A stretch of 64,000 bases of DNA, from the NCBI RefSeq assembly GCF_006345805.1, contig NW_021834179.1:12336-76335 (forward strand), given 5' to 3'. The notes under the pieces were generated by a model. That model made no database searches. It was not told where the DNA came from and saw only the letters and a list, made by a program, of their open reading frames with translations. Origin of the DNA: Octopus sinensis. Its lineage: Eukaryota. Shown one piece after another: positions 1 to 12,343 of this stretch. Each line of letters starts with the position of its first letter. Within the stretch, counting starts at the first letter, position 1. Position numbers and translations under genes: made by a program.

Positions 1-76
1 GTTGAGTCGGGGTTAACCACAGTAAATAAGGTACTCAATACATAGCAGAGTAAATTAATTTATTTTATAGAAGGAG

Positions 77-123
77 CTTCTACGGGACTAGAACTGTTTC
101 ATTCAAAAGGAATCGTCAGGAAA
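77..123 (-). ncRNA. Minimal type I hammerhead ribozyme, PLE left arm (one stem III mismatch)
   Basis: Minus strand reads UUUC-CUGACGA-uUCcuuuuGAau-GAAAC-AG-uucuaguc-CC-GUA-GAAG. Duplicate at 45396-45442. Confidence 0.6.
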
Positions 124-329
124 CTAGGTGACAAGAGTAGTTTTGGCATTTATACATTTAGGCAGGTTTAAAGGGGTGGTGGTGGGGGACTTTTTTGGGG
201 TAGACATGGCGCAAACTATCATTCTTAGGGAGTGGTCAAAGGAATCAGTGGTAAAGTAGATAAAAGAATAAATAAAGGAATAAAGGAATAAATAGAAAAA
301 TAGAGTTTTAGGTAAGTAAGGAGACTCTC

Positions 330-343
330 ACTTATACATATAC

Positions 344-385
<42 letters not shown>

Positions 386-1211
386 GTACATATACACATA
401 CACACACACACATACACATATGTATACATATACATACATACATATACACACATATACATACATACACATATACATATATACATACACATACGTACACATA
501 CACACATACACCCATATACACATGTACATATGTACCCATATACATGTATCTACGTACACGCCCATACCCATACTCATACATACACTTATATATGTCTACA
601 CACATATATATATTAAAGGGATATACACCCCATACACACACGCTCCCATATCCATATATATATATATATATATACATATATATTTACACACACCCATATA
701 CACATATAAATACATACATACACATACATACGTATACATATATATATATATAATATATATATATATTATACATATATATATATATATACACACATATTAT
801 ACACACACACACATACATACACATTAAATGCATATACATGCACACACATACACACACATTTCTTCCCTTATTTTATTTTTATTTTTTTTTGTTTTTATTT
901 TTATTTTTATCTTGACCTCGGCCAGCCAGTCCGGCACTGAAGTGATGTCGTCCCAAGGGAACTAGTCTAAAGAATCCATTTTGCATTGCCCTCTCCCTTC
1001 CTTTCTATCTTTCTACTCACTGATACGAACACAAACACTCACACACGCACACACACTCACACGTACACTCATACACATACACACACACATGTGTTATATT
1101 CATACATACATACATCTATACACCCACAAAAGATAGTCCATACATATACACAAATAATATATACACAATAAATATATATACATATACATATACACATACA
1201 TACGCATACAT

Positions 1212-1257
<46 letters not shown>

Positions 1258-1972
1258 ATATATATATATATACATATATAATATATATATAACATATATA
1301 TATATATAATACACATACACAACACGTACGCGCATACCTACATATACATACACACATATATACATACACACATATATACATACACCAGTCATATACATGC
1401 CTATATACCCATACATCCATATATCTATACATATACATACACGTATATATACACAAGCACATACTAATACACACGCACACACATCTATCTACATATATAA
1501 AAAAGACCCAACAAGTCCATACATGTACCATACATACATGCATATACACATATATACCCATACACATATACACATACATACACATACACATATGTATACA
1601 CACATGTATATATTACATATATACACATGCATATACAGACACACATGCATACACATACACACACCGCCGCATCTATATATACACATAAGTACATACATGC
1701 ATAAATGTATACATATGTTTATACATATTCATACACATACACACACACCACGCCATCCTTATATACATAAATACATACATGCATACAACATATACATATA
1801 CATACATGCATACTCAAATAATAAATATTAAATATATATACATGCAGTTACCCATTATACAGACATACATACATATAAACATACACATATACCTATTTAC
1901 ACATATGTATATATACATACATACATACACATACCATAACTCTACTACCTACATATACATAAACACAATCGT

Positions 1973-2019
<47 letters not shown>

Positions 2020-2170
2020 CATACATATACACATATACATACACATACACATGCATATACACGCACGTAAATACACGCACTCACATACATACGTATATTC
2101 CTACTAACACCCATACATTTCTATACATATATACAATACATATATACAAGTGTACACATACAATATGTGA
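330..2170. repeat. (TA)n/(CA)n/(TACA)n low-complexity mosaic, mirrored as (TA)/(TG) at 3660-5040
   Basis: Direct reading; source of the Y/I/H/T- and V/C/M-rich ORFs. Confidence 0.95.
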
Positions 2171-2399
2171 ATAGTCTTAGGAGAAAAGGTAATTGGGGGT
2201 GCTGGGGAACGGTGGGGTGGGGGTTGTGAGGGGGTGTCGTCAATCGAGTTGCCGGGTGGGTCTGTAGTTTTGTAGTTTGCATAAATTTTATGCATGCAAT
2301 TTGGGGAGTGGTAGTAGTCACTTATTTCAGCCGAGTCGCTAGCACCCATTCTTGTCAGCATTTTTTCTGGTGATGGTTAAAGGCACTGGGGTGTGCAGG

Positions 2400-3110
2400 A
2401 TATGTTTCGACGTCAGATGGGTGCTAGCGACTCGGCTGAAATAAGTGATCTTGTGGGCCTTTCATCCTCCATAGGCTGAAGACCCTATTCACAGGCCTCT
2501 CGGTGGTCTTTACCGCGATGATGGCCTTTTTTGCCCTCCACAAAATAACCCCAGGACCACGGATGGGTTCCGGAAATCTTTACACTTTTTTTAAAAACTT
2601 GGACTTGGGATTACCTTAGAATCCAACTTAACCAAAGCTAACTTCCTTGACGTTACCCTCGACTTAAAAACCTCACTTTATTACCCGTACCACAAACCAA
2701 ATGAATCCCTTAGATATATAGACATTAATTCCAACCACCCCAAAAATATATTAGACAACCAAGTAAAAAGTGTCTCAATTAGAATATCTAGCCTGTCCGC
2801 TACAAACATATTACAACGAGGCCTGGCCCGCAGTGGCTTTGAAGATAGATCACCTATACTAGCATAGCCCCACGCCAACCCAGGAAAAATAGGCGAAGAA
2901 CATTATTGGTGTACAACCCCTCCCCCCATCTTCAACCGTGAGGTCGCTACACCTGTAGCTAAAATCTTCTCACACTCCTACAGAAACACTTCCCCACCCA
3001 ACATAAGTACTATACACTCCTAAATAAGAACACCATTATACTCTCCTACTCTACCACGCCCAATCTAGCCAGAACCTAGCCAACAATAACGTGAAAAAAC
3101 TTAGAAATCT
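2400..3110 (+). pseudogene. PLE reverse transcriptase remnant (frameshifted)
   Basis: Manual translation gives MGASDSAEISDLVG, YRDDGL, ANFLDVTLDLKTSLYYPYHKPNESLRYIDINSNHPKNI. Confidence 0.85.
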
Positions 3111-3139
3111 ACTTTTTCCGAGGCCCATCCAACATCCGA

Positions 3140-3586
3140 TAGCAATTGCAATGCCCTGATAAAACCACTTGCCCCTCAACACAACTGCCTACAGAAGGAC
3201 CTCGTCTACACATGCGAGGTACGATCAGGCCCGATGATAAAAGGAAATCGTACATCGGAATGACGTCAAACAGCTTTAAGACTCGTTGGTACGCCCACAC
3301 ACATTCGTTCCGGCGACCTGACAAATCCAACCAAACTACCCTCGCCGCCCACATCTGGTACCTTAAAAGGAACTCCATCCCCTTCATGATCAAGTGGAGA
3401 CTACTACAGAGGGCGCGTTCGTACACAGGAGGCCATACCTGCTGTGACCTTTGCATTTCTGAGGGCCTGGAGATCTTGTTCGACAAAGGCCCTCTCCTCA
3501 ACAAGATCTCGGAACACTCCCCAAATTGCATGCATAAAATTTATGCAAACTACAAAAACTACAGACCCACCAGGCAACTCGATTGA
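3140..3586 (+). pseudogene. PLE GIY-YIG endonuclease remnant
   Basis: ORF 3146-3586: YIGMTSNSFKTRWYAHTHSF, IKWRLLQRARSY, CDLC, LLNKISE; one frameshift near the N-terminal Cys cluster. Confidence 0.88.
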
Positions 3587-4517
3587 CGACACCCCCTCAC
3601 AACCCCCCACCCCCACCGTTCCCACACCCCCAATTACCTTTTCTCCTAAGACTATTCACATATTGTATGTGTACACTTGTATATATGTTGTATATATGTA
3701 TAGAAATGTATGGGTGTTAGTAGGAATATACGTATGTATGTGAGTGCGTGTATTTACGTGCGTGTATATGCATGTGTATGTGTATGTATATGTGTATATG
3801 TATGTTTGTAATATATATATATTATATATATATATATATTTGGTGTGTGTGTGTGTGTGTACGATTGTTGTTTATGTATATGTAGGTATGTAGATTATGT
3901 GTATGTGTATGTATGTATGTATAATACATATGTGTAAATAGGTATATATGTGTATGTTTATATGTATGTATCCGTCTGTATAATGGGTAACTGCATGTAT
4001 ATATATTATTTATTATTTGAGTATGCATGTATGTATATATGTATATGTTGTATGCATGTATGTATTTATGTATATAAGGATGTGCGTGTGTGTGTGTATG
4101 TGTATGAATATGTATAAACATATGTATACATTTATGCATGTATGTACTTATGTGTATATATAGATGCGCGTGTGTGTGTATGTGTATGCATGTGTGTCTG
4201 TATATGCATGTGTATATATGTATATATATTTATGTGTGTATATTATGTGTATGTGTATGTATGTATATGTGTATGGGTATATATGTGTTATGCATGTATG
4301 TATGTGTACATGTATGGACTTGTTGGGTTTCTTTTTTATATTGTAGATAGATGTGTGTTCGTGTGTATTAGTATGTGCTTGTGTTATATACGTGTATGTA
4401 TATGTATAGATATATGGATGTATGGGTATATAGGCATGTATATGACTGGTGTATGTATATATGTGTGTATGTATTATGTGTGTATGTATATGTAGGTATG
4501 CGCGTACGTGTTTTGTG

Positions 4518-4561
<44 letters not shown>

Positions 4562-5248
4562 TATATGTATATGTATATATATATATATTGTGTGTGTGTA
4601 TGTATGCGTATGTATGTGTATATGTATATGTATATATATTTATTTGTGTATATATTTATTTGTGTATATGTATGGACTAGTCTTTTGTGGGTGTATAGAT
4701 GTATGTATGTATGAATATAACACATGTGTGTGTGTATGCTTGTGCATGTGTGTGTATGGGGTGTATATCCCCTTTAATATATATATATGTGTGTAGACAT
4801 ATATAAGTGTATGTATGAGTATGGGTATGGGCGTGTACGTAGATACATGTATATGGGTACATATGTACATGTGTATATGGGTGTATGTGTGTATGTGTAC
4901 GTATGTGTATGTGTATATATGTATATGTGTATGTATGTATATGTGTGTATACGTATGTATATATATGTATACATATGTGTATGTGTATATGTACATACAC
5001 ACACACATATATATATGTATATATATGTATATGTATATGTATAAGTGAGAGTCTCCTTATTTACCTAAAACTCTATTTTTCTATTTATTCTTTTATTCCT
5101 TTATTTATTCTTTTATCTACTTTACCACCGATTCCTTTGACCACTCCCCTAAGAATGATAGTTTGCGCCATGCCTACCCCCAAAAAAGTCCCCCACCCCT
5201 TTAAACCTGCCTAAATGTATAAATGCCAAAACTACTCTTGTCACCTAT

Positions 5249-5295
5249 CTTCCTGATGATTTCTTTTGAATGAAACAGTTCTAGTCCTGTAGAAG
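5249..5295 (+). ncRNA. Minimal type I hammerhead ribozyme at the PLE 3' end
   Basis: CUUC (5249-52), CUGAUGA (5253-59), stem II uUUC-uuuu-GAAu, GAAAC (5272-76), AG-uuCUAGuc-CU, GUA (5289-91), GAAG. Stems I and III pair and loop III has the palindrome CUAG. Duplicate at 50566-50612. Confidence 0.75.
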
Positions 5296-5302
5296 CTCCT
5301 TC

Positions 5303-5367
<65 letters not shown>

Positions 5368-5369
<2 letters not shown>

Positions 5370-7520
5370 TTTCCCCAATGTGGAATGGCCTGGAAGGCAG
5401 ATGCTCCCAGGGATGACACACCATCAGCAGGCACAATCGGAGTCCCTGCTCCATCTCATAAATGCCTCTTTAATGGAGCAAATTGTGCTTCAACCAACCA
5501 GGGCAAATAATATACTGGATCTCTGCCTCACAAACAATATAGACATTATCCATAATGTTTAAGTGATGCCGACATTGGTCTCGGATCACAACATAATAGA
5601 GCTGTCTATGCATGGACCAAAAGCTCCCGCAGACGCACGGCCTATACGAAGCATCCACAATCTCCCCAAACTAAACTTTCATAAAGCAAATTAGAAGTTG
5701 ATTGAGAAAGAGATCCTCAAACAGGATTAGCCTAAATGTCCTTCCACACCATGAAATACAAACGTTTCATGTCCATTATACAACCCATATACGACAAATA
5801 TGTTCCAGTGTGCAGGTCCAGTACAAACAAAAACAGGATCCCTAGAGAAAGGAGGATTCTTATGAGACGACGGACAAGGATTGCGAACCGACTGAGCAAG
5901 CACACCAAAAGTGGTGAAAAGTCTCGCCTCGAGAGAATGTTAATGGAAATTGAGAAATGTCTGCATCAGTCCCATGAAAAGGAGAGAGCAGATAAAGAAG
6001 CTTGGGTAATAGAAAATATCAAGTCAAACCCTAAAGCTTTCTTTAAGTTTGCCAAAGATACAGCCACAGTGCGTCAGAGGATAGGACCGCTCTTCTAAAA
6101 AGATGGCTCCCTCACAGGAAATCCCACGTGGGTAAGTGAAATACTGAACGAACAGTTCCAAAGTGCGTTCCCGACACCTCTAGGACACAGGCAAGTAAAC
6201 AACCAGAAGAGTTTTTGCCACTTTACCTGTAGCCAAAGAGGCAAAAATTGAGTACATCAACATTGAAGATGATGATATCACACTCGCCATAGATGAGATT
6301 GACACAAACTTAGCTGTTGGACCTGATGGATTTCCAGCGATCCTTCTCAAATCGTGCAAACGAGCCCTTGCAAAACCGCTACAGCTTCTTTTCAGATCTT
6401 TCTTGCAAGTGGTAAGCTCCCAGTCAAATTGAAAGAAGGGATAATATGCCCTATCCATAAGGGAGGAAGCAGAGTAATGCTAAAAATTATAGGCCTATCT
6501 CTCTGACCTCACACATCAGCAAAGTCATGGAACGAATAGTCAGCAAGAAACTAATCATGTTCCTAGAAGAAAATGACTTGCCGACTGACAACCAGCATGG
6601 ATTTCGACCAGGTAGAAGCTGTCTAACACAACTCCTGCAACACTATGACTGGGTGTTAAAACAGCTACTAAATGTCTCAAGTGTGGATGTGATATATCTC
6701 GACTTTGCAAAAGCCTTTGATAAAGTCGACCATGGTATGTTCTGTCACAAACTGCGTGATTTGGGCATAGGCGGAAAACTTGGAGAGTGGCTGTACAACT
6801 TCCTAAAAGATAGAAGGTAGGCAGAACCACCTCCAAGAAAACACAATTAACAAGCGGTGTTCCACAGGGCACTGTCTTGGGGCCACTGCTGTTCATAGTG
6901 GCCCTTTCAGACATGCCGCTAGTTGCTAAGATGGCCACTCTTGCTAGCTATGCAGATGACACAAAAGTCTCTCACACAAAGCAAAACACTGGAGATATTG
7001 CACATCTGCAACGGGAGTTGGATACAATATACAGGTGGGCTGAGGACAACAACATGCAGTTTAATGCAGGGGAGTTCCAAGCCCTGTGCACAAAGGTGAA
7101 CGACATGCAGACCGGATACACTGGCCCGGGAAGAATTGTAATTCCTGAGTCAAACTCAGTGCGTGACCTGGGCATTGACATGAGCAATGATGCATCTTAA
7201 AAGTTCATATTACTAATTTGGTAATAAAATGCAGACGGTTAACCGGATGGATTCTCCGAACTTACAGAACAAGAGTGAAGGAGTCACTGATGGTCCTTTG
7301 GAAGACATTTGTCCTCAGTCACTTGGACTACTGCTCCCAACTATGGTCACCACACAATATAAAGTTAACAGCAGAACTCGAAGCAATCCAACAAAGCTAC
7401 ACAAAGAAGATCGTCTCACTGCAACATATCAGCTACTGTGAAAGACTGAAAGTACTAAAACTCTTCTCCCTGGAGCGAAGGCGGGAGAGATATACAGTGA
7501 TATACATCTGGTGTGTTAGA
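5368..7520 (+). mobile_element. Degenerate CR1/Jockey-group LINE (APE C-terminus plus RT), 5'-truncated
   Basis: QPTRANNILDLCLTN and SDHN (APE); NYRPISL, QHGFRPGRSC, YLDFAKAFDKVDH, GVPQGTVLGPLLF, YADDTK, RDLGI, HLDYCSQLWSP, SLERRR. Several stops and frameshifts. Confidence 0.9.
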
Positions 7521-7539
7521 TAGTCAATTACATGGACCT

Positions 7540-7688
7540 CAGGACATAACTGGTACTAAATTTATAGACCTCGAAATGATGGAAAGCGAAGTTGACCTCG
7601 GGGGAATTTGAACTCAGAACGTAAAGACGAGCGAAATACCACCAAGAATTTTGCCCGGCGTGCTATCGATTCTGCCACCTCGCCGCCT
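7540..7688 (-). mobile_element. tRNA-derived SINE (family 1), head and core
   Basis: Minus strand has a B-box-like gttctgagttcaaattcc and the conserved core gtc(a)actt(t)gc-ttcc/ttcatc. The same family occurs at about 10007-10198, 19865-20072, 20216-20570 and 42360-42750. Confidence 0.8.
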
Positions 7689-7689
7689 T

Positions 7690-7702
7690 AATAATATTAA
7701 TG

Positions 7703-7780
<78 letters not shown>

Positions 7781-7824
7781 ATAATAAAAATAATAATAAT
7801 AATATAATAATGATGATGATGAGG

Positions 7825-7872
<48 letters not shown>

Positions 7873-7891
7873 TAATAATAATAATAATAAT
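7690..7891. repeat. (TAA)n microsatellite, target of the Dong-like LINE
   Basis: Direct reading; continues after the LINE at 9905-10005. Confidence 0.95.
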
Positions 7892-9904
7892 CACATAGCT
7901 GGATTAAGAAATGCCTAGAAATGTATAAGATAGCACCTGCTCTGCGAAAGTTTTTGTCTGTAAGTATGAGATCATGGAGAACCACACTAACTTTGAACAG
8001 TGACAATGAATCTCTAAATGCTGGTGATGTAAAAATTTCATGTGGCATTTTTCAGCGTGACTCACTGTCACCACTCCTCTTTTGTTTATCTTTAATACCT
8101 CTCTCAAAGCTGCTCAATGATGCGCAGTACGGGTATAAAATGTTTGGTAAAACTATAAATCATCTCATTTATATGGATGATTTAAAGCTCTTTGCAAAAA
8201 ACGACCAACAACTCAAGGGCTTACTAGCGATTGTCAAACAATTCAGTGATGACATCAGAATGCAATTTGGCCTCGATAAATGTGCAAAAGCTACCTTTAT
8301 AAAAAGGAAAAATGACAGAAGCATCTAACGTTAACCTTGACCAGCAGAATGTCATAAAAGAACTAGACCCAGCGGAGAACTACAAGTATCTAGGGGTAAT
8401 CGAAGGAGACGGAATAAGGCATTCAGAGATGAAGGAAAGGATCAGGAGAGAATGCTATCGCAGAGTAAGAGCAATACTCAAGTCAGAGCTGAATGCGAGA
8501 AACAGGATCGAAGCGATCAATGCATTAGCGATACGAGTCGTGACTTACAGTTTCAATATCATTAACTGGTCAATTACTGAAATATGTAATCTTGACAGAA
8601 CAATACGAAAACTGTTGACAATGCATAGAATGCACAACCCTAAGGCAGATACAGAACGACTTTATCTACCAAGAAAAGAGGGAGGCCCTGGTCTTTTGCA
8701 ACTGGCAACAACAATGAAGGTTGCTACAATTGGCCTAGACACCTACCTGAAAAACTCTGAGGACTGGATGTTAAAATTTGTCTCAAAACATGAAAACAAG
8801 AAAGCATCATACTCAGTAACAAAACAGGCAAAGGAATATCTAAGTGAATTCCGAATACAACAAATTTCGGAATTAGAGATAGACATACAAGAAACAAGCA
8901 CAGAAAAAGCTAAGCGCATGAAAACCCGAGCTGAATCTGCGGCCTTAGATATTCTGAATAATAAATGGCAAGAAAAAACTCTCTATGGCAAATACCCAAA
9001 GAGAGCGAATAATGCAGATGTTGACAAAGCCCTGACCCATCAATGGCTAAAGGCCTCTGGCTTAAATCTGAAACAGAGGGGTTTATCATAGCAGCACAAG
9101 ATCAATGCCTACCAACAAGAAACTACCAGGCCAACATATTAAAGATCAGCCGCAGTCCAACGTGTCGTGTATGCCGACAACAAATGAAACCATTGATCAT
9201 GTGGTCTCCAAGTGCAGTCTTCTAGCGCCTACAGAGTATCTGAACAGGCACGATAGAACTGCACAATATATTCACTGGGAATCTGCAAAACCTGGATTTG
9301 CCCCATGAAAAAACTGGTGGGAACACAACCACCCCCAGTGCTTGAAAATGACCATATCTCACTCCTCTGGAACTTCACCATTCAAACTGACAGAAATAGA
9401 TGCGAATAGGCCAGACATCATATTGAAATACTTCAAACAAAGAACATGCCTCCTCATTGATATGACTGTCCCAATCGATATAAACGTATCTGTCAAGACC
9501 TACCAAAAACTGAGCAAATATAAAGATCTTCAAATAGAAATCAGCAAAATGTGGAAGCTGAAGACTAAAACAATACCTGTTGTCATAGGTGCCCTGGGAA
9601 TGATAGCAAAGGGGCTGATAGCTACCTAACTCAGATACCAGGAAACCCAAAGTGGCAGAAATTCAAAGATAGTGCTCATGGGAACTGCTCATATCCTACG
9701 CAAAATACTTTCTATGTAATCTCAAGGTTTAAAACACACATTTTTTTCTTTTTTTTAGACATCCACCCAGTACAACACAAAAACAACCAACTATATGGCA
9801 CACTAGGCATAACAACAACGTGAACTTCCAACCTGTTGTCTCTTGAGGTCTCTGGGTGAGACTTGGAGCCAACTTGTACAAATATAAAGCAAAAGTCAAA
9901 CAGA
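7892..9904 (+). mobile_element. 5'-truncated R4/Dong-clade non-LTR retrotransposon (RT plus restriction-like endonuclease), family B, inserted in (TAA)n
   Basis: GIFQ(R/G)DSLSPLLF, YMDDLKLFAK, GLDKCAKA, YKYLGV, RLYLPRKEGG, CRVC..ETIDHVVSKC, RHD, NRPDIIL..LIDMTVP, KLSKYKDL; (TAA)n on both sides. Confidence 0.92.
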
Positions 9905-9929
9905 ATAATAATAATAATAATAATAATAC

Positions 9930-9994
<65 letters not shown>

Positions 9995-10006
9995 GTAATA
10001 ATAATA

Positions 10007-10198
10007 CTCTTCTCTACTGGAGGCACAAGGCTTCAGATTTGTAGGGAAGGGACCAGTCGATTACTTCGACCCCAGTGTTTCACTGGTACTTAATTTTGTC
10101 GTCCCCGAAAGGATGAAAGGCAAAGTCGACCGCGTCGGAGTTTCAACGCAGAACGTAGCGGCAGACGACATAAGGCTAAGCATTTCGTCCGGCATACC
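10007..10198 (-). mobile_element. tRNA-derived SINE family 1
   Basis: Core gaaaggatgaaaggcaaagtcgac and head; approximate ends. Confidence 0.8.
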
Positions 10199-10456
10199 AA
10201 TAACAACAACAACAACAATGATAATAACAATAAGAAGATCAAATATATATTGCGCGTGTTTCATTGGCAACAGACGACCATCTCCAAATAGAAGAATTTC
10301 TGTTTTAACACCCAATTTCAAAAATGCATGAACGTAATAATATTAAATATTAAGTAGAAATATTCCGCCGAGGTTGTCTTTGCCTTTTATCCTTTCGGGG
10401 TTGATGAAATCAATATCAGTTAAGTACTGGGGTCGATGTAATAAACTTACTCCCTA

Positions 10457-10515
<59 letters not shown>

Positions 10516-10789
10516 ATATCTATCTATCTATCTATCGATCTATCTATATGTCTCTCTCTCTATATATATATATAATATATATATAGATATATATATAGAT
10601 ATATATATATATATATGTATGTGTGTATGTGTGTGTGTATGTGTGTGTATGTTGAACCCCATACACATGTGCATGTACTCACACACACACACAAATGTAG
10701 TTAGACGCCCACACACACACACACATATATACTTATATGTATATATATTTATATATATATATATACATAAACCTACATAAATATATGCA

Positions 10790-12100
10790 TTCACACAATC
10801 TAAAGTGTTTTGTGTATATGGAATAATAATAAATTGGTATGCGGATGCTCACGTGAACAACTTAGGGAATTAGTACAGTCTTTACGCTCTAGTACCTGCA
10901 TCTGCTGTGTGAGTCCTGCGGCAAGTTACGCAGGATGAACTGGACGCCCCTAAACATTCGAGGGTATGTTGTACTTGAGATAACCCATGTACATGAAAGT
11001 TACAATATGCTAAACACACATGGAAAGTAAAGCACTTAGAATATCACTTTCATTCTTCTGCTAGTAGCAGAATAATTCAGTCCTAGATGTCATTTAATAA
11101 ATTGATGCTTCATCTTGATAGTAAGGTCGGACTTATATTTCGGAAAGATCTACGAAAATTAACATCCATATCATGTGATGTATTAACAATAATGATTGTA
11201 GGTGTAGGTTTCAGGACTAATGAATGTCCATTACTTGAACATTTGCGCTATCAGCCCTATCGTAAGCATTTGAGACAATGATATTCCATTGTCTCACACC
11301 CTATCGTCTTAACCACGGAAAGAACACAACACACATTGCAATATATGTAAATCGACGGGATGATCACGATCGAAACGCCTCTGATCATAGTCTTGTCATC
11401 AGTGAACAACAAGAATACTTTACAACCAACTGAAATATATTCTGGGTGACAAGGAAAATTCGTCGGGTTTGCATTTTAGTAACAAGAGAGATGAGGTCGT
11501 GTCTTTGAGCAGATATCGCCATCCCAATAATCGATAAAAACAATGGCGTTTGTTTTAGAAAAGTGTCAAGTAGATAAGAATATTCTCTGGGTGTTGTCAG
11601 GACACATGAAAAATAAAGTTTTGGTAATATAATAGAAGCCGAGGACACATGAAATCGTGATTAAGTATGCTACTCACGATAACAAGGTCGTGATCTCAGA
11701 TACAGGACCGAGAGGTGTATTTTGCGCAAGACACTTCATCCCATGTTGCACAGCGACCATTTCAACACTTGACGTGTAGGAATGGTGACTAGCTGGAAAA
11801 TGGATTTATTTTCCGGATATTAAAGAATTGCAGCCAATCACATACATCAAGGGAAAATACTACCACTCTCGTTTAAAAAAAAATTAGATAATTTTTCAAC
11901 AGGGTATTTCATTCAGTATTCTTATCGAATAGCAGCTGGAACGTGAGACAAAAAACATATATGAGGCAATAGAATATTCAGATAAGTGGATAAATGATTT
12001 AATTTCTGTCAAAAATTCAAACTGAAGTCATATATTGATCCGGCGTTATAGAGGTAAATAAATTTTTAACTTTTCTTTTAAGATTTTACATTTATTATAC
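10790..12100 (-). repeat. Locally repeated module A (copy 1): hydrophobic ORF remnants, a SINE fragment and a conserved flank
   Basis: Homologous to 24979-25930 and 28552-29760, and more distantly to 13667-14320 and 29800-30500. Minus-strand remnant YLLDTFLKQTPLFLSIIGMAISAQRHDLI. Identity unresolved; strand inferred from these ORF remnants. Confidence 0.8.
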
Positions 12101-12343
12101 ACTCACATATATGATTTATTTTTCCCCTCTCTCTCTCTATCTTTCTATAAAATGAGACTTAATAGAATAACGTAATTCCTGACGTCCATTTTTCGGTGAG
12201 CATTTGGTTCCAAGCAACCATAACACACCCCTTAACATAGTGGATCGGCAAAAGTGACCAATAAAATAACACATACAAACATATAGACACACACTCACAC
12301 ACACACATATATATATATAATATATATATATATATAACATATA

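Larger units (their letters stand above)
65..2310 (-). mobile_element. Inverted copy of the 3' end (pseudo-LTR) of the adjacent Penelope-like element
   Basis: Reverse complement of 3515-5307: begins at the last codons of the GIY-YIG ORF, includes the microsatellite-rich 3' UTR and the hammerhead, and has a ~440-bp extra insert. Inverted 5' pLTRs are a known PLE feature. Confidence 0.88.
2350..5307 (+). mobile_element. 5'-truncated Penelope-like retroelement (RT C-terminal half, GIY-YIG, long 3' UTR with hammerhead); resembles the Naiad-type PLEs
   Basis: Frameshifted RT motifs FDVQMGASDSAEISDLVG, YRDDGL, NFLDVTLDL, PYHKPN and SNHP, followed by a GIY-YIG with CNC..CP..CL..LVY, YIGMTSNSFKTRW, TTLAAHIWYLK and CDLCISE..LLNKISE..CMH. 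Clade assignment is from motif recall only. Confidence 0.88.

Noticed and set aside
911-975. ctgaagtga..gggaac as a hammerhead or HDV-like ribozyme
   Set aside because: The core spacing is wrong, there is no GAAA, and I could not build an HDV pseudoknot on either strand.
225-5214. Dozens of 60-180-aa ORFs rich in Y/I/H/T or V/C/M, here and throughout the window
   Set aside because: They are translations of (TA)n, (CA)n and (TG)n repeats, which lack stops in some frames; there is no domain signal.
7614-8048. Poly-Asn, poly-Ile and poly-Tyr ORFs (also near 9712, 31644, 37090)
   Set aside because: They are (TAA)n microsatellite read in different frames.
11360-11390. Two in-frame TGA codons conserved in all module A copies, suggesting selenocysteine or a mitochondrial-code insertion
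   Set aside because: An alternative frame is open across the same bases and matches module B; I see no similarity to mitochondrial proteins and no SECIS.
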